Source of the DNA: Thalia democratica
Lineage: Eukaryota
Assembly (NCBI GenBank): GCA_965202585.1
Contig: OZ241826.1
Location: 40,176,001 to 40,240,000 of the forward strand
Reading direction: 5' to 3'
Length of the DNA stretch: 64,000 nucleotides
Shown here piece by piece: positions 43,584 through 57,858 of the stretch. Position 1 is the first letter of the stretch, and the number at the start of each line of letters is the position of its first letter. The position numbers and the translations under genes were made by a program. Under the pieces are notes generated by a model. That model saw nothing but the letters and a program-made list of their open reading frames with translations. It ran no database searches and was not told where the DNA came from.

Positions 43584-45696
43584 AAATAACATTAACTGGA
43601 TGATGTTATTTTTACGTAATTACTTTATATTACTTCTGTTATTTAACTTTCCATTGTACCCATGTTTACAATATAAATTTTGTGCTTTTATTTTTTTTAC
43701 AGTTTTATATGTAAGCAGTGACAAGAGTTAAAGATAATATACTGTTGTAATGTTTCAATAAACTTTGTCCAATAGTAAACTCGTATTTTTTATTACAGTT
43801 TACTCTATTTCTTTTCTTTTAAAATAATATTTAGCTAGGGTTCTAGTTTTCACCGTGCATTTAGAAATTTAAAAATAGCCAACAAAGTTAAGGGTAATCT
43901 AAACTACTGTTATTGTTAAGTTAACATGATTTTTATTTTTATATAAAACGAATTCGCTCAGAAAACTAGCTGAAAATACGATTAAAGTTTAAATTGTTTT
44001 TCACTAAACAAACATTAAGTCGGACTTTAAAGTAAACATAGTATACGTTTAAATTCACGAAATAAGAATAAAGGTTAGTATAACAACTTGTAGACTAAAT
44101 CTTTTTTGCTTCTGTATATAAAGTGAAATAATTGTTGTTCATTTAATTTTTGAAACTTGATTTTGTTAGTTATTTACAACTATTATTAAATATTAGAGTA
44201 AGTATAGAAATCAAATTCATACTTGATAAAACGATGATGTTTCAAAGACGACAAAATGAAAACTGAACATATTAAATAAAGTATAACCATATACACTGTA
44301 TTATAACAGTCAGTTTTTTACATTCCTAGTTTGATAAGTTTCAAAACTATGAAAAAGTTGACCTTTTATTACTTAAAAACTATTTAAGTTAGTTTAATAA
44401 ACTATGTTTTCTTAACTAATCTGAAAGAGTTGTTATTAGTTATTAAAAAAAAGTTATTCACTAAAATAGATTATTTACAGTTATATAGTTACAAACTGGT
44501 TCTATTAAGGTACTTATACTTTGGATGTTTTTATTTTGATATATCAAGTTAAACGCTTAAACTAAACTTAAAATTAAAGCAAGGATGATCTAAAACACTA
44601 AACTTACAAAGCTTTTTAACTAGTGTAATTGATTTATGTCTATTATATTAAACAGTTTTAGAGGTTTTATAACTAATTCAGTAAATTAACTAACAATGTT
44701 AAAAAAGTCATACTATTAATTTTATATTTTAAGAAAAGTAAACACACACAAGTTATAAACTCAGTAAATATAACTTCTTGGTATTTAAAATAAAAAAAAA
44801 TCTGTTTTTCTTAACTTTTCAAGTAAATGTAGTAAAATAGTTTGTAAAAAAAAGAGGTATTCAAATAGTAAGTTTATCATAAAACTGTTTCTATGAAACA
44901 TTTGTAATCTTAATTTTTTTTTATATCCGTCTGTATGTTAAACTTTTGTTTGACTAGAACTTAGTAAGGTTTTTTCTATAGCTATTTTTGAATAACAATG
45001 TATTTGTAATAAACTTGCACTGTTTGTTATTGTAGTAAGTTTTTAAATTTATTGTGTGTTTTTCTATATGTATTCATTGTACTTTTCAATTGATTAAATA
45101 TGATCTAATTTATTATAAACATGTATTTTTTTAATTATTACCTACAGGTAGAATTTTGTTTAAATGTTACAATAAAAAATTAAAAGGAACAATTTAAAGT
45201 TGAAGAATTTAATATTTTTTTATACAGTAAACACTGTTTGAACTTGAAACTTGTTTGAAGTTTCAAGTAGCTCATAATGAAAGATAAACATTAAATGTTT
45301 GTTTTAGAAAATTTTCTAATTAAGAAGAGTCAGTACATATTTTTCAATTTGTATACTTGTCTAAGTTTTCAATTCTACAATTACGATGATAGGACTAATG
45401 TAGTTTAGTAACTCTACTGTATAGTCTAAATTTTTGTTATAAAATTTCACACGTAATTTGTTACAGTGGAGTTAACAATTTGAGATTTGCGTTAACGTAA
45501 TTAAAATGTTTTAAAAATAGTTTTAATTTTGCTGATAACTGTTATAAGCTAGCACAAGGGAGGATAAGATATCTTACTTGTCTTTTGATTATACATTTTC
45601 AAGTTTTTAAAATGTAATTAAAAATAACTTTGTTAAAACAGTTTTGAAACACGTCTTGGAACAACTAATATTAATTAAAAAAATAATGATATGTTA

Positions 45697-46376
45697 CGAG
45701 CGTTAACTTAGCTCGATTGGCTTTTTTGGTAATTTTTAAAAAATGTCCAAACTTTTGATCCAATTATTTTTCTTATCTTTAAATTAAACTAAGGTTTTTT
45801 TAAATTTAGAGAACGTATGAACTTTAACATAAAACCCCTCATAAAAGAAAAATGAGGTATTTCACTTTTAAATAATAATAATTTTAGTAAAATATGCATT
45901 GGTCATGTCTTACATAAAAAAGTTTAGATAGAAAAAATCGTGGATCATTTGAAATAGTCGTAATGAAGTTTATTAAAATAAGAATTTTTTTTAGTTATAG
46001 TGACCGTTAGAAAATCGAAGGTCCTTGAAATTTACAGTCGGAAATTTTTGTATATATTATTAAAATATTAGAGTTTGGAAAAAATAAGGACCCTTGAGAA
46101 CAAAGGAAACAAGAATAAAAAAAGAAAATGAAAATTATTTTTTCTGGCTAAAATATCTGTTAAAATGATAATCAAAAAAAAAACATTTTTTTTCTAAGTG
46201 GCACTTAAAAATTCACATCCAAAACCAATGGATTTTTTAAAAATTAAAAGCAAAGGAGCGTTCTCTATAGTAAAAAAACTTATTTAGCTTTAAAGATAAG
46301 AAAAGTAATTGGATCTAAAATTTGGAAATTTTCTAAAAAACTGCAAAAAGTGCTAATCCAGTTAAGTTAACGCTCG
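45697..46376. mobile_element. Tc1/mariner-type MITE
   Basis: ~25-bp TIR CGAGCGTTAACTTAGCTCGATTGGC / GCTAATCCAGTTAAGTTAACGCTCG; TA on left flank; second internal inverted pair ~45757/~46290. Confidence 0.75.
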
Positions 46377-47454
46377 TTGAAATGTTTTATATTAATAATA
46401 GTTTAAAAACAAATTTAAATTTAAAATCTACTATTAAATTTATATATCCTTAGATTTTTGACTAGCATTACTATAAAAATGTTTTGAAATTTTAGTTTTG
46501 ATATATTGAGCTTCTTTACAACAGTTTAATAGGAAGTATGAAAAATAAACTTTAAGGTGACATTTATTCAAAATTTGTATAGAGATTTTTATGAATGTTT
46601 AGTTTTAAATTGTTATTTAATTTACGTCAGTCAAAACGACAAGTTACCCTTTGCATAGCTGAAATCATATATATTATATGAAAAACAAAACTTTGTTGTT
46701 AGCTTGTAAATCAATTTTTGTAGTTGTTGTCAAAATTTCACACTAGCTTAAACATGTTCTAAATTATATTGAATTGTAGTTTTAGTTCCTAAAAAAGACT
46801 AGTTAAAATCAATTTAAATTGCTTTAATATAAAGTTAAAAAGTACTTGCATTTAATCAATTTTAGTAAGGCTAAATTCTTTTGGTTCATTTTTTACATTT
46901 TATCACCTGTTGATAATATACAAGTACAAAACTTTAATTAAAGAAAACAATTGTATTAAAAATACAATACAGCTTTAACAAGAATCTTAAACAAGTTTAT
47001 ATATGCAAAACAATTAAACAGAGTTGTCAGAATGTATAAAATAAAAAAGAAATTATTTTCAATACCTATTTTTTTATTTTTATAATTGAACATGTTTTCA
47101 AATTGAATAACAAAAAAATTGAACGTTAGTAAGACAAAACGAAATTTAATTTTTAACAGTGATATTTATCAGTGTTTAAATTTAATAATATTATCCCTGA
47201 TATTAAGCTTCCAAGTAGCTAGATTACAGGCCAAATCACCCAGCTGAAAATAGTTTATAAAATTTTCAGGAACTTTTTAAAACTCTTACAGAAAATTTTT
47301 GAAACCTATATTTTTCTAAATTTAAAACTACTATTTGTAAGAGTGAAACACATGTAACTATTATTTTATTGAAAAAAAAAATCAATATAAAAAATTAACT
47401 AAAGTTTAGCATTTAAAAAGCTTATCAGAAGTGTTTAGTACGTAGTGTTTATAC

Positions 47455-47988
47455 GGGTAACTGTCTGAATTGCGCGAGCGTACAAAGTTGCACGAGGGGA
47501 CAAAATTGCACGAAAATACTTTTGCATGAAGACACTTTTGCACGAGCAGACAATTTTGCACTGAGACAATTTTGCATGGGTTAAATTAAAAATTTTATTA
47601 TTATTCTTTTTTTATACTTTTTTTTAAGTTTTATTTTTTTATCATCACTGTTACCCCTAACCCTTACCCGCGGTCGGTAAGTTTTTTTTTTTAGTTTCAG
47701 TTTTTGTTTAATTTTATTAATATTTTTTATTATCATTGTTACCCTTAACCCTCGGTCGGTTGCTTTTATTTTTTTTTGTTAAAAGTATTTTTTTATACTT
47801 TTAAAATTTATTTTTTATTTTACTATCACTGTTACTCTTAACCCCTACCCTCGGTCATTTTTTTTTCTTCTTTTTTATTTAAATTCAACTTGTTCTTCTG
47901 TTTATTTTATTTCAATCGTGCAAAATCGTCTACGTGCAATTTAGTCCCCTCGTACAATTTTTTCTTCGTGCAATTTAGACCAGTTACC
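47455..47988 (-). mobile_element. Foldback MITE (MULE-like), copy 3, opposite orientation
   Basis: TIR GGTAACTG../..CAGTTACC, TTGCACG/CGTGCAA arms, flanks GTTTATAC/GTTTATGC. Confidence 0.82.
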
Positions 47989-48848
47989 GTTTATGCTACC
48001 TTACGGCAGCTTTAAAATTATTTTTTAGTAGTTAGAGTTTGTCTAATCTAAAGTTGGCTTGTTGCTTCAGTTAATATAAAACATTTTTACAAATTTTAAC
48101 TGGTTTTAGTATGTTACGTCATAACAACGCACGCTTTCAGTCATTTTGCTTAAAAAACAAATTTAATTGTTTTTAATTTTTTTACTTTACTGAAAATCTT
48201 CACAAGCTACTGCTTAAAAGTAAGGTAGTAGTTAAATAGTTTTCTTTTAAATTTGCATATTTTTCCTTGTTTAAGGTTATTAATATTTTAGTCATGTCAT
48301 GTCTTACATAAAAACAGTTTGTACTAAACAAAGATGCAAAATTTATGCAAAAAAAACAAAAAAAAAGTATGACGTAATATTATGCATTCAGAAACTCAGT
48401 ACAAAAATCGATCTTCCATCTAACTAATCAAACAACTAAAATTGACAAAGAAAACAGTTAAATGACTATAAAATACTTCAAAATTTATTGTATTTTAAGA
48501 GGAGCTCCTGTAAAAAATAAGTAGTTTTTGGGTCAAATTAAAAAAAAAAAACAGAATGAAGCTGATTTTACTTTAACATTAAACTAAGTTTAAATATTTA
48601 GTCTGAGTTACAAATTAATATCTTATAGATGTTACCAATTTCGTTTCATTTAGATTTTAGAAATTTTATTTAACAGTTTTTATCAGGGTTTCAAAAATAT
48701 TTTTTATTAATGCCCCTTTAGTACTAAGTAAAAAAATAATTGTCCATTTTTATATTATTTATAATATCTCCAACTTAAGAAAATCCTGATTTAAACACAT
48801 TTATATAAACATTTTTATTAGTTTTTACTTAAAACTTTTAGATAAAAT

Positions 48849-49171
48849 CAGGGTAGCCACCTATGAGTCACCTATGATCAAAAACTGTGTAGAGTCATCC
48901 TGAGTTTTTCAAATGCTTTAAATGATTATTTGAACTTTTAGAAATTAATAAAACCAAATTTTTAACAAACTTCATCATAAATTAGAGTATATTAAAACTA
49001 AACCGACCAAGTCTCATTTAAAACCTAGAAAAATAATTATTCCCTGAGAATTACAAAAAGTATTTTATGAAATTTTTAAAACATTTTTGGAATCCTGAGT
49101 TTTTCGTGAAGAAATAAGCTAACCTGAGTCACCCTGAGTTCAAAAAAACAAAAATGTCCTGTGCTATCCTG
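48849..49171. mobile_element. Probable hAT-type MITE with CCTGAG subrepeats
   Basis: CAGGGTAGCCAC / GTGCTATCCTG inverted ends; no TSD match. Confidence 0.4.
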
Positions 49172-52100
49172 AGTTTCTTGCTTGTACTTATTATTTGAAC
49201 AAACAGTAAAAAATTTTTCTTTGTTTAATGTTTTTGTAGTGCGAGGTCTTAGAGTTTTAATTTGGTAAGTGCGAAATCAGTTATTTAATAAACAAAATAA
49301 CTTTATATCAATAAAAAACACACTTTTAGTACAAGATGGAAGCGAAAAATGTCATAACCAGCATTGATGTAAGTGTATTGTATGACTCAATGAATTAGAA
49401 GTATTTTTGTACACCAAGGTCCTTGGACTAAAATATTTTAAGTATTTGTTTTCGTACTCAATAAAATTAAACTTAGTATATTTGAAATAAAAATTTAGAA
49501 AATAGTAGTATTACGATTTTAGAAATATATTAGATTTAGTTATTGCACGAAATATAATATTTATTTAGTATTCGGTTTTAGTTTAATTTAAAGAGTTACA
49601 CTACTTCTTAATGTTTTTAAATTGAAAAAAAATGTGTATATAAAATTAATGAAAATTGTATGTACTACTTTGACAAGGTGTATTTTAAACATAATCTGTT
49701 AAAATTATTTAAGGTAAGTTATCACTTCTTTATACGATTAAAAAAATAAGAAAGAAATGTTTGTTTATGTTTTACTTTAGTCAGAGGTAGTTTAGATACC
49801 TTACAATTTTTTATATAAAAAAAGTATCATATACCAAGTGCTTAAGCTATAAAACTTATCAGTTAAATAACAAAAAATGGACATATAAAAGTGTTCGTGG
49901 TTTTTTACAGAAAAAAAAGATTAGTCTTCAGACAAACAGTACGGTCTTTATGTAGAAAGCAGCTAATGAACTACTTTATGTTAATCATTTTCTTCTTCGT
50001 TTAACTTTTCAAGTCAGTTGTTTAAAGTCTTTGTAAAAACCAATGTTTTAAAACGTTTATGAAGGATAAGACATTTACTTAGTAATGAGTGCAACTTTTA
50101 AGTTTTAAGTCAATTATTTTGTCAACAGTCTATTTGATAGTAAGAAGCACTGAAAAAAAAAACAAATTTGAAAACAACTATTATGATAAAAACTAACTCT
50201 AGTCATTTAGAAGTTGCATTTTAGTTTAGAAAAAAGAAATACAAAGAAAATTTATGTAGTTTTTAAAAAGATTTAAAAAATCATTAAAAAAATAATAGTG
50301 ATCTTATTTATTTGAAAATAAAAAAAGTGACTCTTTTTAAGAGAATTATTATGTTTTATAAAACACAAAATAAGGCATGTCTACCCCTTTTTACTGATAT
50401 ACTTCCGGAAAAACAACCTTTTTCAACAAATTTTGGCTAGTTTTTACTCCACTGCCATATTTATCTAGCAAAAGATTTAAAGTATAAGGACTTTAATATC
50501 GTTATTCTTTTAAGAGTCATATACTTTGTCTCATCTTAAAACAATTTTAATAAATTGATAATGTTAAATCATAAGTTTTTTAGATCTAAGTTGTCTAAAT
50601 TTATTTGGTCTTAGAACCTGGTGAACAAAAAAAGCTTTCGGTTAACAAGTCGCACATCACGAATACCTTTTAACGTATTGTCAAGGACTATACAGATTAT
50701 ATAATATATACTGAGTCATATATTACTATTGAAGTATATAAATATATTTCTTAGGCTTTGTTAAATAGTTTTAATACTCACAACATAAAGTTTAAAAAAG
50801 TATCGTTTAAGAAAACACTAATAAAAAATTTAATGTAGCTTATAATAGCTTTATACTATGGTCAGTGATTAGTAGTGCGCTTTTTATTTTTTTTGTGTTA
50901 TGTTTTGTTATTCTCATTTATAATTTATATGTTTTATTATAATCATTTATAATTCAAAATTTTTATTGTAACTGAGGATTTCATAAGTCACGCTGTTTAA
51001 CTGAGTGTAAAAATGTTTATTATAAGTGTTTTTGAAACAACAATGTTTTTTGTATTCAAACAAGTCCTAAAGCTTACTAAAATTACAAAAACTAATTTTA
51101 AAGCTTAAAATGTGTGACAGTTGCTTCAATACCTCTGAAACATGAATAAGGTTATATACTAAATATGTTAATTATTAATCTTATGTTCTGAAAAGGCTAT
51201 TACAGTAGTATTCTGCAAAAAAAATTTTTGTTAAGTAACGTAACCACTTAAGATTACATTTATTTAAGAATAAGGCAAATAAATAAATACTATATAATAA
51301 AATAAAGCTCTAAATATTTAAATAACCTGCTTTGAAATACTATTGTAAATTGAATTAGTCAGGGTAAGAGACAATTGTGAACAAAAGTTTAGTTATAACG
51401 AGACATGTTGTTTTTTTTGCTACTACTATTACTATTAGTTTGTAGAAATATTTTAGTTTGTACAAGAAGTTTTACTAAATTGTTACTAAAACGTTTTGAT
51501 CGCTTTTATACTGTTCAATAAACAATATCAATAAAGTTTTAAAGTTTCAAAATTTCTTAGAAGTTACTGTAAAAGTTATGCAAAACATAATAAAAATAAA
51601 TTGTGGAAATCTTGCTATGCAATGCATGATTATCACTTAAAATTTAGTAAAAAATTATAAAATAGTCTGTATATATATATATATTATATAAGTAATAGAT
51701 AAATAAAAAAATACAATCTTTTTATGTTTTACAAGATTTTATTACAAATATTTTTGAATATTTTTATAATGATTAGTTTATTAATAAAGGGTATCACTAA
51801 TTATTTTGTTTTCTTTTAGGGAAATTTAGTTTTCGTGGTCTCTTTATTTCAAAGTTGAAGGTGATGCAAAATGTATCTGATGAGTGAAGCATTTTCAACA
51901 TCAGCTAATTTAACTAAAGTTCCTTTATAGTTTAAAAGTTTAACGTAGTTAGTTTTTAGTTTGTCTACTGCTTTTTATTTGAAAAAGGATCTTAAGTTTG
52001 TTAAAAAGCTATAGATTTTTGATGTATATATCATCACAATGCTTTCTGTTGGTTGTTAGGACCTTTTTTGTTGCACTTTCGATTTGTCATTTGCCTTATA

Positions 52101-52945
52101 CAAGGTAGTTGTTGTTATTCTGATGTTATATTATTTTAGTAGGTGTAAAGTTAAGTATGTTTTATTAGTTTTTATTTACGATCAGTACTAAAACAACGAC
52201 AGCTCTCGATTTCTTCTTGGAATCTGTGTTATCCCTAAAAGAACAAAACATTTTTTTTACTAGAATCATTTAGAACTAGAACTTTTATATTATTTAACTA
52301 TCTTACAGATTTAAAAAAAAAAATTTATGATTTTACAAACTATAAACTAAATAAGTTGAAACTAAATTTATGTGAACATCTTGAAAACAGCTTAAAGTAA
52401 TTCTAAATTAGTAAAAAGTCATAACAGGTTTTAAGTAACTTGAGTCTATTTCAGAAAGAAAGTTCTGCATTTGTTTGTACAAATTTTGAATCGAAAATGA
52501 TAAAAAAAAAGTTAAGACTTTGCAGTATTTTTATACTCACTACTGAAGAATGTAAAGTTTTTAATCCCACGTTATTAATGTGAAACCAATTACTGGTTTA
52601 AAGAATATTTGGAATAAACTCTTATATTTGAAAAGTATAAGATTTAAAATTGAGTTTTAATAAATTATATTCCTGCTCATTATTTAATATGCTATTTTCA
52701 CAGTTAAAACAAAATTCTAAATAAGTTATATTCAAGTTTTAATTCTTATGGTTCAAAATACAGATGTTATAGATATTTTTGTCATTTTAACTACTTGACT
52801 ACAAAATTAGTTCAGTGTCAGTTCAACATTTTCTCTAAAATTTACATCTCAATAAAAATATTGATTAAACCTTTTAAATATACGCTTATACTTACTAGCA
52901 ATTTTAAAGTAGATCGGTTTTGCTGTGGGCTTGTATCAACTAAAA

Positions 52946-53028
52946 CAGGGGTCGGCAGGCAATTGGTGATCGCAGGCCAAATTTCAAGTTTCTAAAGTCT
53001 TCGCGGGCCACAGTTTTAGTGACACTTG
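52946..53028 (+). mobile_element. Short hAT (Charlie-like) MITE remnant
   Basis: CAGGGGTCGGCA start and CGCGGGCCACAGTT..ACACTTG end; related CGCGGGCC pieces at ~15085, ~18237, 56187-56312. Confidence 0.5.
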
Positions 53029-53941
53029 AATAATGTTTGTGTTTTAGTCACACTAGGGAAAGTTTTATTTTTATTCACTTTACTATTTTAAATGACTTTT
53101 AGCTACACATAGAATGCCTATTTAAATTATAAATACTTCTTAGAATAAAACTTACATTGACTAATATACTTCAGTGTTAATAAACTATGTACTTTTTTAA
53201 GTACTTAATATATTAAATTTTAATTTTACTTTTGACCTAACTTTCTATAAAAACCGAGCTTGGAAACATTTATGGGTCACTTTTATACATTTTTTATATT
53301 ATTAGCCTTTTTATAATTTGTCTTAGAATATTTACTTATTAAAATAACTTTCGCGTCTTTAATAGTCTACAGTCTACACTCATTAAAAAATATAGTAATT
53401 ACTTCTCTAAATAAAATTAATACCTATTTCTATTGTAGAAAGCTAAAACAAACTTTTTAAGATTATAAATTTTTAAATACTTAGATTAGTAATTGATTAG
53501 TTTTTTACATGGTTGCCACTTTAGAAGCAAAAATGTCTGAGTTATATCAAACCAGCTTAAGTTTATCAAAACTTAAAAAAGCTAAAAAACGTGCTGTTAA
53601 TCAAGCTTAAATACTTATTTAAAATATCATCATTATAAAAAAGTAGACAATATGTAAAAAAAAACAAGAAAAAATTATAATTAGTAAATTACACTACAGT
53701 CATAAAAACTGTTCTGTGAACTCGAAGATTTATTCGAAGTGTTTGAAATGAAAGTTTCACACATACCTGAGATTTTTCAAAATGTCTTAAACAGGTTTAA
53801 TCTAGTCTAGATTTTCAAATTTTTAAGCTAACATATTAGTTTGGCAACTCTGTTAAAAAAAAAGTTCACAAAACAAAGAAATAACAAAGTTTATTAACAG
53901 TAAATTAAATATAAAGCAAATATATATTTACAAGTTAGCTA

Positions 53942-54560
53942 GAATGGATATTCAAAGTTCTTAAATATTTTTAACATAAGTATAAAAGTTTATTAAATCA
54001 TTAATGAAGTAAAAAAATGTTTTTTATTAACCATTACAGCAATTCTTTATCTGCAACAAAAATATTGCATATAAAAAGAGTAAATGCGAAATATAAGACG
54101 AGCTACAAGAATTAAAAAAGGCTTGTTAGAAGTTATGGCAAAAAAAAACGAGAAAAAAAACTGCTAAAGTCAGTTCCAACAAAACGCATGATTATCTTCA
54201 GTAAGTGCAGAATGATCAGAAAAAAAAAAATTTAGACAAGTTATAAAGTAGCAAAATTTATTACTAAAAAGAAGATACTGTTTGGAGTTTCAATTTATTT
54301 TCAAGAATTTATGTTGGCAATAATATTTTTTTTTGTTTATTTCTTCAATGAGAACAAAAAGTCGTGTTTAGAAAATTTATGAAGATTATAAAGCTGCATA
54401 AACCAATATAGGACTTAGATCAATCCGTTAAGATGAGAGCACTAATACAACAAATAGTGCTCACCTAAGAATTTTTATTACTAACTTTGACATATTAGAA
54501 CAATTTCTAGATTTAGTTTCAATGCAAAGCACAACTATTGATAAATTTTAAAAGCAAAGG
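53942..54560 (+). mobile_element. Fossil hAT (Charlie/SPIN-type) transposase fragment
   Basis: Broken frames read EWIF.., SYKVAKFITKKK..EFMLAI, *DESTNTTNSAHLRIFI..EQFLDLVSMQSTT, matching the LDESTD...QL.IF...EE.LDL..M..TT segment of this family. Confidence 0.7.
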
Positions 54561-56186
54561 TGCAATGCACCAATATAAAGTTTTTAAAAGTACAATTTTT
54601 TCTTCAACTTTTAGTATAAAACTAAATTAAAGGTAAAAAACTGTCTTAAATAATAATTCAATGATAAAAAGATACTTTTAAGCTACTTTAAATGTTTTCA
54701 ATAAAAAATTATTGTCCTGGACATTACTTTAAACTGTATCCTGAATTATGACTCGATAACCGAAAGGCTTTTTCGTGCACCAGGTCCTAGGACCAAATAT
54801 TTGAGCGCTTGTTTCCGTTTAATAAACAATAATATATGGTAGACTTTTTGTATCAAATTGAAATTTCATTACTTTACATGTAAAAGTTTTTTTAAATACT
54901 TAAATTCAAGCTATTTTCAGGTTTTTTATACATAAATTGTCAAATTTAAATCTTTTTCGGGATTCAAATTTTTTGGCAACACTGATTGTTCACACTTATA
55001 TATATACAATAATATAATTAGTATTTCGAATTATATCAGCTGCAAGGTTTAAAATTTAACTTATTTTATAACTCAAACCAACACTGTGAATTGAACAAAA
55101 CATACACCATTAGTTTAATTTGCCATTCTTTGAAGCAAAAAAGCCAACATGAGTGACAAAACTCTTGCCTGATATTTTCGTATACAAAAAGCAGTTTAAC
55201 CCAAAAAATGAAAAAATTACTAAATTTGCCTGAGATTTGATTCTTTAAAAAGTCATAGTCTGATAGCTATATTTATTTGTTTATTTGCTTGAATTTGAAC
55301 TATTTTGTTTAACAATGAACAAACTTAATAAATTTACTACCCCTAAATCTAGTTTTTTTAAAATAGGTAGTTCTAAAAAACAGCAGATGTGTATGCATAT
55401 GCAACGCACAAAAATTAACTTAATTTTCCATAAAAAGAATGTTTGATAAATGAAAATGTATACCAAACAAAAACTATTTTAATATATGTCTTATATATTG
55501 TTTAAAATGTGTCTGTACACACTTAGATATTACATGTAGAAACAATTATCTTAAAAAATTATGCATAAATTAAACCTAATCTAACTAAGTATTAAATAAA
55601 AAATGGTTTAAAATATGAGTATCTTTTTTAAATTGGTGTTCATATGTATTATTTTAAAGTGCAAAGAAAACTTCTAAAGAGTCAAAATTTGTAAAACCCA
55701 AATCAAATAAACCTAATTTCTTATTCTTATGTTAAATTAAATATTTTTGTACACACTCAAATATAACATTTAGTACTAAAATATCTATAAAAGAAACTTA
55801 GGCATAAAATTTTTTTTTAAAAGAATACCTAAAGTCCTAAACTGTAAAAATAAAAAAGACATTTTAGTTAGTTATTGTGAATAACATTTGAACAAAATTT
55901 CAATTTGCTTTTAATTTTTTTTACTAAATAGGTATTATATAACTAACTTGCTAAATCAAAGTACTCTTTATACTTTTTTGTCAGATAATTACTTGCTGTT
56001 GTAAGAATAAAGTTACTATGAAACTTTGAAAATAGCCTCTTAGAATGCTAATCTGTCTTTTTCACATATTTAAGCTAAAGCAGTAAAGTCTTTTAATTTT
56101 TAAATGTTATACAGGAACTTAAAATGAAATTAATCAAATTAAACCAAATTACTGAAAAAAAATTAACTTAAAATATATCTTTGCTC

Positions 56187-56312
56187 AGCGGGCCACATTT
56201 ACATGCTCGCGGGCCACAAAATTTTCTTTAGCGGGCCACATTCCATTCAAAAATAAAACGTGCTGGCTGGCCGCAGATTTACCCTTCGCGGGCCGCAGTT
56301 TGCTGAACACTG
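56187..56312 (+). mobile_element. hAT-type terminal sequence with GCGGGCCAC subrepeats
   Basis: Four GCGGGCC(A/G)CA copies ending TTTGCTGAACACTG. Confidence 0.55.
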
Positions 56313-57858
56313 AGCTAGATTTAAAAACGCAGATTCAACTTTAAACTGTGTAACTTTATTAAAAAATGTTAGTAAATTGACTGAAATATAAAAGAATTTC
56401 AGATTTATTTAATCACGAATGTTTTTAAGAAAAAAATTTCAAATCAAAAACCACTAAAATTTAACCTATCGAAGGTTTTTATGACTTAAATAAAGCATAG
56501 TCTTAGTACACTTTTTACAATTTTCAAGATGCAAGTTGTATGCTTTAACTTCTAAACTGAACAATAACAGTTCTAAACTTGTATAAATTCAAATAGATAA
56601 TCTTAGATTTTATTGAAAGTATATAAGTAAGGCAAAGCATGATAAAAAATTGCATTCCATAGAACTAAAAAAAGCTTGTTTCTTGTTTAGTTTTAAAGAT
56701 TTTTCTTCTTTTAAAAATATTCATTAAATATGATCCAAATCTTAAATTCTCTATAAGTAAACTTTATACAACAAACAAAATAGTTAAAATAAATGACAAA
56801 TTTTTTCTCTTAGAGCTTAAAAAAGTTACAGTTAAAATATTAGAACACTTTGTGCAGTTAATTGTAAGATTTTTGTAGTAATTTCAATAAGAAAAATTGC
56901 CTAACTTTGTTTGCAGTCAAAACTTTGTTTCTATTGTTTTATAATAAAATCAAAGAAAACACAATTGTTATTACCGGGTTTCTTCATAATCGGTTAACAC
57001 TAGACTAGAATGTGTATACAAACAACCTTTGTTAAAACAAAAAAAAAAAAGAGGATTACTTTTTATTTTGTTTTAGGGTTTTAATTAATTAATAAATTTA
57101 ATTTTATTGTCCGGACTAGATAAATGAAACCTCGAAAAACGCCGTGTTTTATAAAGTTAAACATATTTTTGTTTTTGAAATCTAAACATAGTTCACTAGT
57201 GAAGACCAAAACACAATCTGAAGCATAAAAGGTAGTCGAAAGTATTACAGTGCATCTGACCCCGGCTTGTCCGATCCTTCACTAATCAGACTGGTTTCAA
57301 TCAAGAAAAAAGTTATTAGATTTTGTTAAAAGATCTTTAAGTTAAATTCAGCTGAAATTAATGTTTTCACTCAAAAACTTAAAATCTTGTTGTGGAAACA
57401 ATGTGCTGATTATAGTTTTACGCAAAATCATTTCTAAACTTTATCTTAATTTCGTTCCAGTTATTTTTGAATATTTTAATTGTTTGATTCGCTGTAAGAT
57501 ATTGAATTTTCTTATAAACATTGCACAATATAAAAGAGATTTAAAAAACAAGCTTTTGTCTTTATCCGGCTAAAGGCTACTCTGGCTATAGTAACAAAAA
57601 ATGCTTGCCCAACATGGCCAGACCAGCAAGCATGCACAGTAAAACATTTAAGGTGGTTAAACATAAAACATATTTTTGCATATTTTTTTGACATTTTCAA
57701 ATAAGAAATACATAATTAAGCAAAAAACTACACAGAAATGACGTAATAAAGAAGTTATAAATCCGGTTTATAACTTTAAATTTTTTTAAAACATTTCCAC
57801 TTTAAGTTGTAGCCGCTTTAGAAGTATACTGAAGTCGTTTTAAACAAACAAGCACAAA

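Noticed and set aside
51820-52235. Exon-like minus-strand pieces with good splice signals
   Set aside because: Could not be joined into an open frame
55080-55466. CxxH-like and FW motifs suggesting a second hAT transposase on the minus strand
   Set aside because: Motif spacing too short and similarity too weak
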